From a virus (Duplodnaviria; Caudoviricetes): a stretch of 25,927 nt of DNA. The notes beneath the pieces are model-generated. The model ran no database searches. It was not told the origin of the DNA and was given only the letters and a program-made list of their open reading frames with translations. Shown here in pieces: positions 15,112-23,593 of the stretch; the first letter of the stretch is position 1, and the number at the start of each line of letters is the position of its first letter. The DNA lies in IMG/VR virus record IMGVR_UViG_3300020258_000038, positions 1 to 25,927 of that record; one strand, written 5' to 3'. The position numbers and the translations under genes were made by a program.

Positions 15112-15934
15112 TATTCCTGAGTTTTTTCATGATGGGGATTTCACTATCATACACCTTTTTCACACCATCTCCAAGCATTCTGGAAACAATATTAATTTGT
15201 CTTACAAGTTCCTTACTATTCTCAATGGATGCTGCTTGATCTGTGCCAAATTGTGTTCTACTATCAGTGATATGAAATTCAATGCACTGCGATCCAAGAG
15301 CAGCTGCAGCAAGACTAGCATCAAAACCACTATAATGATTTGAAAATCCTGCTTTAATATTAGGATACTTTTTCTGAAGAGTCTTAATATAATTAAGATT
15401 TAACTCTTCAATAATAGAAGGATATGTGCTAGTGCAAGCAAGAATATACTTAAGACTATCACCCAATGCTACTACAGCAGCATCAACCTGTTCAGGAGTA
15501 CACATACCTGTTGATAAGATAGTGGGTTTTCCTGTTGCAGCAAGTTTTTTCAGGAAAGAAATATCAGTTGCAAGTGCTGATGCTACTTTATGATAGTCAA
15601 CTTCAACATTTAGTTCAATGTCATCAACACTCTGTTCATCCCAACAGGAGACAATAAAATCCATCCCCAACATCTTTGTATAGTCACGCAAGTTTTGATA
15701 TTGCTCCACACTAAATTCAATTTTCCATTTGTATTCAAGATAAGTCATCTCACCCCAAGGTGTTTCTCTAATCTTATTCTTTTGATCCTCAGGGACACAA
15801 AGATCAGGATTTCTTTTTTGGAATTTTACAGCATGACAACCAGAACGATGTGCTTGATCAATCAATTTTCTAGCATGATTTTCAGAACCATTGTGATTGA
15901 TTCCAATTTCAGCAATTACATAAACATTTTGCAT
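15104..15934 (-). CDS. neuB: Nonulosonate (N-acetylneuraminate-family) synthase, short form
   Basis: VIAEIGINHNG, AVKFQKR, KVASA, ILSTGM, CTSTYP, GFSNH, IEFHIT, GTDQAAS. At 276 aa it lacks the C-terminal antifreeze-like/SAF domain. Confidence 0.9.
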   Translation of the reverse strand: MQNVYVIAEIGINHNGSENHARKLIDQAHRSGCHAVKFQKRNPDLCVPEDQKNKIRETPWGEMTYLEYKWKIEFSVEQYQNLRDYTKMLGMDFIVSCWDEQSVDDIELNVEVDYHKVASALATDISFLKKLAATGKPTILSTGMCTPEQVDAAVVALGDSLKYILACTSTYPSIIEELNLNYIKTLQKKYPNIKAGFSNHYSGFDASLAAAALGSQCIEFHITDSRTQFGTDQAASIENSKELVRQINIVSRMLGDGVKKVYDSEIPIMKKLRNNG

Positions 15935-15955
15935 AAACCTACACCTAACTTTTAA

Positions 15956-15984
15956 ATTATACTATAATACTATTATTTTTTCAA
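15956..15984 (-). promoter_or_regulatory. Sigma70-type internal promoter upstream of neuB
   Basis: TTGAAA (15979-15984), 17-nt spacer, TATAAT (15956-15961), then an AGG-containing RBS and ATG 15934. Confidence 0.6.
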
Positions 15985-16674
15985 CATATACTCTTTCATT
16001 ACTAAAGAGCATAACTTAAAATCATCAATAGAATCTATCTCAAAAGATTTCCATCTATCCATTGGAACAATTCCAATTTTTCCATACATCCTATTGTTAT
16101 ACTTTTTAATTAAACCTGGTTTGAACAAATAGAATGATCCATTTTCAATGTATTGGATATCATTATCTTGTCGCCTTTTTCTATTTTTATAATCATACCC
16201 AATACTTTCTAATCCATATGGGTATCCATTTTTTTTCCTTTTCCACAAAGAACACTGATCAGTTTCTGTAGCTGCAAATAAGGAATCCCATACCCCACTC
16301 TTTGCCATCAACAAACCATTCTTAATGTCAGTTGATTCTCTCATTGGTGAGGTTACTTGAGGAGCAAAAATCCAATCATAAGTCAACCCCATCTTCTTTA
16401 GATAATCTATAGAGTAAATCCAAGAAAGTTCAGAGGATGCATTATCATCAGAAACATCAGGTGTTCTAAGAATAGAACCTACACCATATTGATGTCCAAT
16501 GTCCAAAATTTCATGAGAATCAGAACTAACGAAAATATCATCTTTACTAATTCCAGAGTCAATGCATTGTTCAATTGTCCATGAAATTAATGGTTTACCA
16601 CAAAAATCCCTGATATTCTTGTTAGGAATTCCTTTTGAACCACCTCTAGCTAAAATAATAGATGATACTTTCAT
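15973..16674 (-). CDS. neuA: CMP-nonulosonate synthetase (acylneuraminate cytidylyltransferase)
   Basis: IILARGGSKGIPNKNI, GKPLI, VSSDS, QVTSPMR, ENGSFY, SFEIDSIDDF. Confidence 0.92.
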   Translation of the reverse strand: MKVSSIILARGGSKGIPNKNIRDFCGKPLISWTIEQCIDSGISKDDIFVSSDSHEILDIGHQYGVGSILRTPDVSDDNASSELSWIYSIDYLKKMGLTYDWIFAPQVTSPMRESTDIKNGLLMAKSGVWDSLFAATETDQCSLWKRKKNGYPYGLESIGYDYKNRKRRQDNDIQYIENGSFYLFKPGLIKKYNNRMYGKIGIVPMDRWKSFEIDSIDDFKLCSLVMKEYMLKK

Positions 16675-17594
16675 TGATAACTTTCAATAACTTCTTTGAT
16701 TTCTTTTGCTCTACTTTGCCAAGTAAACTTTTTCATAAAGAGATTTTGAGCATTGTTTACAATTTTCATTCTCTCTTCTTCATTATCAAGATAGAACTGT
16801 GCTTTTTCATAGAACTCATCCTCTGAGGAGAACATGGCACAATTAACACCATCAACAGCAATGTCTTCATAAACTTCAAAGTTTAATCTATTACATAGAA
16901 TCAAACTTCTACCAGCAGCATAGATTTCAAAGAATCTAGTTCCAACTAAATCAGCAGGACCAGTTGTTACAAGGCATAATTTTGAATCTGATAGATGTCT
17001 AGCATACTCATCATCACTAAACATTGTTCCAGCATAGTTGTTTCTATGTGATCTTGCATTGATAAAGTTGCCAAGTTCACCATTAAGTCTATCTAATTGT
17101 GATAGGACTCTTTCTCTTAGATTTTCAAATTGCTCAGGTCTGGTTACACCTGAGAAGAAAAGATCATGTTTGTAATCTCCACCATAGTTTCTGAACTGTA
17201 GTTCACTTGCTGACCACATGATTCTATGAAAGGGGACACCTGTATATTCTTCATATACTTCAGTATCATGATGAACTGTAAGACCAGCAGTTGGATTCAT
17301 TTCTCTAATCCAATCCAGTTTATTTTTAAGTCCTGTATATTCTTTATTCAAGATAGGGAACAAAAGAACATCACTATCTCTTATTAATGATGCAGGTTTA
17401 CCTTCACTACAATCTGTATGACCAAACCCCAAGAATACAATATCATATCCATTAAACTCACTAGTTCTTGTAGGAACAAAGTTTTTATGATCAATGTCCA
17501 TGACTTCTTTCAAGGCATGATAAATTTCACTGTAGTAAGAACAATAACCACCCCTCAATGGTTTATTAGGGTGCTCACAAAATAATGCCTTCAT
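16671..17594 (-). CDS. GT-B glycosyltransferase (Glyco_trans_1_2/CgeB-like)
   Basis: HDLFFSG, YARHLSDSKLCL, TRFFEI, DGVNC, YLDNEEERMKIVNNA and FTWQSR; start MKALF at 17594. Confidence 0.8.
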   Translation of the reverse strand: MKALFCEHPNKPLRGGYCSYYSEIYHALKEVMDIDHKNFVPTRTSEFNGYDIVFLGFGHTDCSEGKPASLIRDSDVLLFPILNKEYTGLKNKLDWIREMNPTAGLTVHHDTEVYEEYTGVPFHRIMWSASELQFRNYGGDYKHDLFFSGVTRPEQFENLRERVLSQLDRLNGELGNFINARSHRNNYAGTMFSDDEYARHLSDSKLCLVTTGPADLVGTRFFEIYAAGRSLILCNRLNFEVYEDIAVDGVNCAMFSSEDEFYEKAQFYLDNEEERMKIVNNAQNLFMKKFTWQSRAKEIKEVIESYQ

Positions 17595-18175
17595 GAACGC
17601 TTCCTCCAAGTCAAGTTAACTGCATTATCAACATTACCTTTGTTTCTGAAGAATGTAAGACCATATCCATAAGGCAGAGTACACATCTCAAGGTCCTTAT
17701 CCTTAGCAAACTCTACAGCAGCTCCCATCATACCATCACCTAAAGTATGATGTCTTGTATCATGAGTAATCAGAATACCATCATGCTTTAGATAGGGGTA
17801 GATGTTGTTTAAATCAACTAAAACTTCACTGCCAATGTGTGACCCATCATGGAGAATCACATCATATTGTTGAAACTCTACATCATCAGCAAATAGTTCA
17901 TTACTATTACCATGATAAAAATTCCATCTTTTACTTGCTTTTGTAAAGTCAGTAATATTAGGATTGTCACTGTAGTTTGTTACATCACAACTAGTCAGTG
18001 TGCCACCAGTTTTTTCTAATGCATGAAGAATGACATGGGTTGAAAACCCACTACCAAATTCAAATACATTCTTAGTCTCCATACCTACAATACAAGAATA
18101 CAGAAACCCATAGTGAAGGGACATTCCTGTGTCACCCCTCTGTGCCTTTGCTGCAATCTGTTCTAAGATGTTCAT
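17591..18175 (-). CDS. Class I SAM-dependent methyltransferase (Methyltransf_24-like)
   Basis: VFEFGSGFST motif I, DVILHDGSH, LKHDGILITHD. Confidence 0.85.
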   Translation of the reverse strand: MNILEQIAAKAQRGDTGMSLHYGFLYSCIVGMETKNVFEFGSGFSTHVILHALEKTGGTLTSCDVTNYSDNPNITDFTKASKRWNFYHGNSNELFADDVEFQQYDVILHDGSHIGSEVLVDLNNIYPYLKHDGILITHDTRHHTLGDGMMGAAVEFAKDKDLEMCTLPYGYGLTFFRNKGNVDNAVNLTWRKRS

Positions 18176-18843
18176 GATGTTCTACTATGATTTGAATAGA
18201 CTAATTGAGGCATTACTGTATTACCTCTGATCGTATTTGCCCTTCCAGGAAGGATGCTAGGTTTGATACCTAATTGATGACATACAAATGGGAAACTAAT
18301 TTGGTCTCTTGAAGAGAACATACAAATTTGCTCCCACCACATCCAACCCATTCTCTGAGTTAATGGTGTATTTCTCTGTACTCTGACTGGCAATTCATAC
18401 AGTCCATTGTGCTCAGGGTAGCACATGTGTCTGTAAAAATCAAGTTGTTCTTCAACTAAGTTTGCATGATCAAAATTGATTCTTATAACTTCCTTTCCTT
18501 CATCATATACACAGTTCTGACTAGGATGCTTGAATACAGCAACATCAGTGTTGCTCAGATATTTATCAATGACCTCAAGGGGATTAGTTTCCAATCTATG
18601 TGTTGAATCTACCCAAAAAAAGTAATCATAATCTGGAAGAAAAGCAAAAGGTAAAATCTTATAAACCTTTGCATTTCTTCTATTCTTATAGGTAGGGTCT
18701 GAAGAGAATGGCAAAACTGGATGAACTGTCCAACCATTTGCAGGAGAGTTATCTACAAAAGCGTGATAGTCAACTCCCTCAAATGGTAATGGTTTAATTA
18801 ATTCATTGGTTCCAATTGATGCTGTTACTACTGCTATTTTCAC
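18172..18843 (-). CDS. DUF616 / TOD1-MUCI70-like glycosyltransferase
   Basis: KVYKILP, FWVDS, FKHPSQNCVYDE and SSRDQISFPF motifs. Confidence 0.78.
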   Translation of the reverse strand: MKIAVVTASIGTNELIKPLPFEGVDYHAFVDNSPANGWTVHPVLPFSSDPTYKNRRNAKVYKILPFAFLPDYDYFFWVDSTHRLETNPLEVIDKYLSNTDVAVFKHPSQNCVYDEGKEVIRINFDHANLVEEQLDFYRHMCYPEHNGLYELPVRVQRNTPLTQRMGWMWWEQICMFSSRDQISFPFVCHQLGIKPSILPGRANTIRGNTVMPQLVYSNHSRTS

Positions 18844-19556
18844 TTTGATCTCTCCTTACAGAATTCAACTATCTCACTATCATTTAATTGTTCATTTGTT
18901 GGAACAAATAGTGCCCTATATCTCTTCTCTGTAGTGTCATCTACATCAGTGAGATAATAAACTGCTAAACTTTTTCTATGTTTGTCAGATGGGCAGGTCA
19001 GTGGTTTGGGTAACCCATGCCAAGAATTTTGTGTGGTATCAAATAAAATTGCCCTGTTGAATTTAGGTTCAATTGTTTTAATTAATTCTTTTGGTCTATT
19101 AGTATCAGGATTGTTTGACCAAAACTCTAGACCACCACCCCAATCAGGATCCCAATTTTCAGACATATAAACTATAAGATTTAGTTTTCTCTGCAATTTG
19201 AGTTTAGGATGTATAGAGTAATCTTTATGAATGTTTAAATTACCACCTCTACCATGCATGTGGAGACCACCACCATGCAATCCATAGTCTGGATACAATT
19301 TAAAAATGCCAGTTGTTGACTTAACTGATTCAATAAAATCATAAGAGCATAAGTCTTGAAGTGTTTGATAAATCTCTGGAGGAAATTTACCCCAATCTTG
19401 GCAAGCCTTTTTATTTTCTATTGGATTATTATAACCAAACCATATGTCTCCATCATAAGATGGAAAACTTTCTGATATTTTTTGTGCCTTCTCTTTCTCG
19501 TAGAAGTCATCAATAATCCAATGATCAAAGGGATCTTTATACGCTGATAAGATCAT
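18840..19556 (-). CDS. 2OG-Fe(II) oxygenase (prolyl-hydroxylase-like family)
   Basis: GGGLH...LNIHKD (HxD), RKLNLIVY, WGGGLEFW, PKFNRAILF, SWHG, RKSLAVYY. Confidence 0.88.
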   Translation of the reverse strand: MILSAYKDPFDHWIIDDFYEKEKAQKISESFPSYDGDIWFGYNNPIENKKACQDWGKFPPEIYQTLQDLCSYDFIESVKSTTGIFKLYPDYGLHGGGLHMHGRGGNLNIHKDYSIHPKLKLQRKLNLIVYMSENWDPDWGGGLEFWSNNPDTNRPKELIKTIEPKFNRAILFDTTQNSWHGLPKPLTCPSDKHRKSLAVYYLTDVDDTTEKRYRALFVPTNEQLNDSEIVEFCKERSK

Positions 19557-20259
19557 ACTTTTCCTTACAATATTTTGTCTCTTTCTCTACATAATAATCT
19601 CTGTTTTTATGAGATACATTTGTAGTAACTGAGAAGTCACCAACTCTATTTGAAATCAGAACATCATTTAGAAAAATAGGTTGACCATACTTATGATTCA
19701 TACCATAGTAAAACTCACAGTCCATGAAGTAAACCAAGGTCTCATCAAATTTATTTTTGATTCCATTCCTAAATGACAATACTGAAGGAGAACTAATAGT
19801 ATTAACACCTTCTAGAAGTCTATCATTCCATTGTGGATTCATCTCCCAATAGAAAGAGTGTCCATCATCTTGTGTATGATTACATCCATTCACCAACCAC
19901 ATTTTATCACTATTACTGAATTCAGTATAGATCTTTTCTAGTGCCTCATCATCATAGAAGAAGTCATCTTGAAACATTACTTTGATAATGTCACCCTTAC
20001 ACATACTAATTGCCTTATTAGTATTGGCAGGACCATTACCATAGTCTTTCTTATTCTTGAGATACTTAATTTTAAATTTATCCTTGAACTTATCAACAGC
20101 ATTCAGGACCATATCATCTTTACTATGATCAGAGATACAAACCTCAAAGTTTTTAAATGATTGTATCTCAATGGTTCTCAACAGATCATCAATAAACTCA
20201 TCACCCCTACCATATGATCCCCAGGTAGGGATAGCAATAGACATTTTCTTGGAACTCAT
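19537..20259 (-). CDS. Glycosyltransferase family 2
   Basis: SIAIPTW, EVCISDHS, NTNKAI, MFQDD, FDETLVYFMDCEFY. Confidence 0.85.
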   Translation of the reverse strand: MSSKKMSIAIPTWGSYGRGDEFIDDLLRTIEIQSFKNFEVCISDHSKDDMVLNAVDKFKDKFKIKYLKNKKDYGNGPANTNKAISMCKGDIIKVMFQDDFFYDDEALEKIYTEFSNSDKMWLVNGCNHTQDDGHSFYWEMNPQWNDRLLEGVNTISSPSVLSFRNGIKNKFDETLVYFMDCEFYYGMNHKYGQPIFLNDVLISNRVGDFSVTTNVSHKNRDYYVEKETKYCKEKYDLISV

Positions 20260-21065
20260 ACTATTTCCCACCCTCTACAATAAAGATCTTTAGTATTTAA
20301 GTGTGCATTGTTAGGACCAAACCATCTCTTTGGTGCAATGACCTTTTGATATGGATTGGTTTGTAACCAAGCACCCCACCAAGAGAATGATGAGTTAGCA
20401 ATGATACAATCATCACACTGAGTCATCAAATAAAGGTCATGATATGGTCCTGCTGCTTCAGATACAAGGAACCTATCAGCATCAAATAGTTCTTGCTTCA
20501 TACACCAGGCAGGGTCATCACTGAAAATAACCACTTGCCTATTGGCATCAAACTTGCTTAATGCTTTCTCATAATATTCCAATGACTGATTGAAATGATT
20601 AGCAGAATTAATTAAGAAGTCACCTCTACGAATATGTAATGCAATAGGTTGTTCAAAACAATCACCTATAATTTCATTGCACTCATCAACAATTCTTTTT
20701 TTGAATTTGAATTGCTTTCTTACCTCATCTTCACAGTGCTGAAAATATTTGTCTGTCTGAAAGAATCCATACAGAGAGAAATTTTGTCTTCTGTCTGCTG
20801 CAAAAATGTAACTATTAAATTCAAACCCCTTTTCTTGTATGATATTCTGTGAGTTGATAAACCCAACATTGTCTGGTTTGATATCAAAGCAATCAAATAA
20901 TTCAATTCTTAATTTATTCCCAATGCCATCATCAAATACTTCTTGATGATTAGGAATACTAAAAGGCACTCCTAGTTTTCTAGAAATGCCAAGAGTGGCA
21001 GCATACTGAAACATCTGATTGCCCAGTTGTCCCAGTTTGCCAAGATAATTAAATCCAACAGTCAT
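20256..21065 (-). CDS. Glycosyltransferase family 11 (alpha-1,2-fucosyltransferase-like)
   Basis: GQLGNQMFQYA, GFFQTDKYF, LHIRRGD, IFSDD, IANSSFSWWGAWL. Confidence 0.92.
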   Translation of the reverse strand: MTVGFNYLGKLGQLGNQMFQYAATLGISRKLGVPFSIPNHQEVFDDGIGNKLRIELFDCFDIKPDNVGFINSQNIIQEKGFEFNSYIFAADRRQNFSLYGFFQTDKYFQHCEDEVRKQFKFKKRIVDECNEIIGDCFEQPIALHIRRGDFLINSANHFNQSLEYYEKALSKFDANRQVVIFSDDPAWCMKQELFDADRFLVSEAAGPYHDLYLMTQCDDCIIANSSFSWWGAWLQTNPYQKVIAPKRWFGPNNAHLNTKDLYCRGWEIV

Positions 21066-22126
21066 TACAAGTTATGTGAGGTTTTTGATTTAAGTTGCTC
21101 ATTAATCCAATAATATGTGTAACGAATACCTTCTTTAAGTGTCATTTCATATTCCCAATTCAACTTCTCCCTAATCAAATCATTATCAGAATTACGTCCT
21201 CTAACACCCAGAGGACCATCAATATGAATCTTAGTGACCTTTTTTTCTGCAACCTCAGCAGCAATATCAACCAATTGATTAATTGTTACCATCTCTTCAG
21301 AACCAATATTTACAGGTCCCATGAAGTCAGAATCCATCAATCTTCTGGTTGCCTCTACACATTCATCAACAAACAGGAAGGATCTAGTTTGCTCTCCATC
21401 TCCCCACACTTCAATAGCGCCACCTTCTCTTGGAAGTGCTGCAACTTTTCTACAGATTGCTGCTGGTGCTTTCTCTCTTCCTCCATCCCAGGTTCCCTCT
21501 GGTCCAAAAATATTATGATAACGGGCAACCCTAACAGGAATAGAATGATTACGATTGTAAGCAAAGTATAGACGCTCTGAGAAAAGCTTCTCCCATCCAT
21601 ATTCAGAGTCTGGTTGTGCTGGATACGCTGATTCTTCACTACAGTTGGGATTATTAGGATCTAATTGATTAAACTCTGGATATGCACAGGCAGAACTTGA
21701 ATAGAAAATTTTAGTATCATTCTTACCTTTATCTTCATTCATCTGTTTCTGTGACTCAAGCACATTGAGATTGATTGTCACAGAATTATGCATGATGTCA
21801 GCATCATTCTCACCAGAAAAGACAAAGCCTGCTCCACCCATATCAGCGGCAAACTGATAGATCTCATCAAATGGTTCAATGTATCTTGATGGAACAGGGT
21901 AATAGAAGTTACCTCTATCACCCTTATATTCTAAAACTCTCTCTACAAATCTCTTGTCTGTGAGATCTCCTTGCACAAATTCATTTGCTGCAGAATCACC
22001 AAACTCAGGGTATTTGGTATCAACACCCCTCACCCAGTAACCCTCTTCACGCAGTCTCTTGACCATGTGACTTCCAATAAATCCACCAGCGCCAAGAACT
22101 AACGCCTTCTTTACATACTGTGCCAT
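21065..22126 (-). CDS. GDP-mannose 3,5-epimerase-like SDR
   Basis: GAGGFIGSH, AADMGGAGF, SSSACAYP, YGWEK, GTWDGGREKAPAAICRK, GVRGRNSDN are all GME-type motifs. Confidence 0.85.
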   Translation of the reverse strand: MAQYVKKALVLGAGGFIGSHMVKRLREEGYWVRGVDTKYPEFGDSAANEFVQGDLTDKRFVERVLEYKGDRGNFYYPVPSRYIEPFDEIYQFAADMGGAGFVFSGENDADIMHNSVTINLNVLESQKQMNEDKGKNDTKIFYSSSACAYPEFNQLDPNNPNCSEESAYPAQPDSEYGWEKLFSERLYFAYNRNHSIPVRVARYHNIFGPEGTWDGGREKAPAAICRKVAALPREGGAIEVWGDGEQTRSFLFVDECVEATRRLMDSDFMGPVNIGSEEMVTINQLVDIAAEVAEKKVTKIHIDGPLGVRGRNSDNDLIREKLNWEYEMTLKEGIRYTYYWINEQLKSKTSHNL

Positions 22127-22148
22127 AGTAAATTTAATCTATACTGTA

Positions 22149-22177
22149 ATTATATCAACCACCAAATTTTTTGACAA
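22149..22177 (-). promoter_or_regulatory. Sigma70-type promoter upstream of the GME-like gene
   Basis: TTGTCA (22172-22177), 17-nt spacer, TATAAT (22149-22154). Confidence 0.6.
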
Positions 22178-22397
22178 GATGGTCAAAGTTTGGTTCCATA
22201 GCATTCACAATTTTCCAAAGCAACTCAGTTTTTGTTGAGTCACCACCTGATGCAGGAGCAGCTGCTCTTGCATCACACTTAGCACTGAGTTCTGCTACTT
22301 TGGCTTCCAGTGCTCTCAATCTTGCTTCAACTTCTACATCATACTTGGACATTGCTGCCCCACTTACAGACTTTGCTGCTTGTCCTCTAGCTGCCAT
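22155..22397 (-). CDS. Small Ala-rich coiled-coil hypothetical protein
   Basis: MSKYDVEVEARLRALEAKVAEL; late promoter CTAAATA at 22422-22428. Confidence 0.75.
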   Translation of the reverse strand: MAARGQAAKSVSGAAMSKYDVEVEARLRALEAKVAELSAKCDARAAAPASGGDSTKTELLWKIVNAMEPNFDHLVKKFGG

Positions 22398-22424
22398 TTT
22401 CTCAATTTATAAGACTGCATCTAT

Positions 22425-23444
22425 TTAGAACTGAATCCACCTTTCATTTTCAAGAGTCCATGTGACCACTTCTTTGATTCTTTCACGAATATTCTTAGGT
22501 TGCCATCCCATTTGTTTCATCTTTTCACCTGACAGAGCATATCTAAGATCATGTCCTGGTCTAGCAGAATGAAAGTCAATCAATTCATACTTAAGTTCTT
22601 TGCCTTGAACATCAGCAATAATCTGTGCCAACTCAAGATTATTAAGTTCCTCTGCCCCTACAATATTGAATTTAGGACACTTAGCACCACCCCAATTAAA
22701 TTCTTCAACAGGAGGTTGATCAAGCAAGAAGAGAAGGGCATCTGCTACATCTTCAGCATGGATGTAATGTCTTGAACCAGGAATCTTCTTGGTTGGATCA
22801 CTATGAATAGTCACTGTCTCACCATCCCTTGCTCTTTTGATGCACATTGGAATGTACTTCTCTGGATGTTGGCGTTGTCCAAACACATTCATAGTATGTG
22901 TGATATAGACAGGGACTCCATAGGTATTATGGAAAGCAACTGCTAGTTCCTCACCACCTGCTTTAGAAGCACTATATGGGTTGGTAGAATTATATCTATC
23001 ATTCTCTTCATATAAGATTCCATCTGGAGCAGGTCCAAAGACTTCATCTGTACTAAAATAAACAAATCTCTCAAGATTATTTAAAGTGCGTGCATAGTCA
23101 AGAATATTACAAGTACCTACTACATTATCCAGAACAAATTCCATTGGATAATCAATACTACGATCAACATGTGAACCAGCAGCAAGATGAAGAATATAAT
23201 CTACATTACCAATGTCAGCAGCAATCAATGGATTCACTGCTGCTTTCAAATCATGAAATACAATCTTAACCCTAGATTTATCAGCAGGACTAAAATCTTT
23301 TAAGACATCCTGAAGTCTATTAAGATTACCACTAAAGTCAAGTCTATCTAAAGTTACAATTTCCCAATCAGTATTCAAAAGAATTTGAGAAATCAGATGG
23401 TGGGCAATAAAACCAGCACCTCCAGTAATAAGTGCTCTCTTCAT
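22425..23444 (-). CDS. rfbB: dTDP-glucose 4,6-dehydratase-like (RmlB/RfbB)
   Basis: TGGAGFI, HLAAGSHVDRSI, STDEVFG, PYSASKA, QHPEKYIP, RPGHDLRYAL. Confidence 0.88.
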   Translation of the reverse strand: MKRALITGGAGFIAHHLISQILLNTDWEIVTLDRLDFSGNLNRLQDVLKDFSPADKSRVKIVFHDLKAAVNPLIAADIGNVDYILHLAAGSHVDRSIDYPMEFVLDNVVGTCNILDYARTLNNLERFVYFSTDEVFGPAPDGILYEENDRYNSTNPYSASKAGGEELAVAFHNTYGVPVYITHTMNVFGQRQHPEKYIPMCIKRARDGETVTIHSDPTKKIPGSRHYIHAEDVADALLFLLDQPPVEEFNWGGAKCPKFNIVGAEELNNLELAQIIADVQGKELKYELIDFHSARPGHDLRYALSGEKMKQMGWQPKNIRERIKEVVTWTLENERWIQF

Positions 23445-23465
23445 AATTTTACTCTATACATTTCT

Positions 23466-23494
23466 ATTATACAAAAAAAGACAGGTTTTAGCAA
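23466..23494 (-). promoter_or_regulatory. Sigma70-type promoter embedded in a terminator
   Basis: TTGCTA (23489-23494), 17-nt spacer, TATAAT (23466-23471). Confidence 0.6.
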
Positions 23495-23503
23495 CCTGTC
23501 TTT
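23473..23503 (-). terminator. Rho-independent terminator
   Basis: AAAGACAGGTT-gctaa-AACCTGTCTTT stem running into a T7 tract. Confidence 0.8.
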
Positions 23504-23593
23504 GAGGGTACATGCACGCCACTTGCTCTTTAGAGAAGCAAGAAACTCTTGGGGTTATCCCGACCAGGGCAGGTTTTAAGTCACTCCGCGACC
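23504..23593 (-). ncRNA. Structured cyanophage RNA motif candidate (manA-like; wcaG RNA is the alternative)
   Basis: GC-richer intergenic sequence GGTCGCGGAGTGACTTAAAACCTGCCCTGGTCGGGATAACCCC then AGAG-ttt-CTTGCT-t-CTCT-aaag-AGCAAG-TGGCG, an H-type pseudoknot. The family name is from memory, not a search. Confidence 0.55.

Noticed and set aside
18840-19556. TET/JBP-type DNA hypermodification system
   Set aside because: Motifs fit the prolyl-hydroxylase-like 2OG family, and no nucleotide-modifying partners are in the window. Not formally excluded without nucleoside analysis.
10706-22775. Short plus-strand and alternate-frame ORFs in the glyco island (e.g. 11540-11872, 21095-21571)
   Set aside because: All lie within well-supported minus-strand genes and mostly have non-ATG starts and no motifs.
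23385-23579. 64-aa plus-strand ORF
   Set aside because: Crosses the rfbB start, promoter, terminator and RNA motif in antisense; no coding support.
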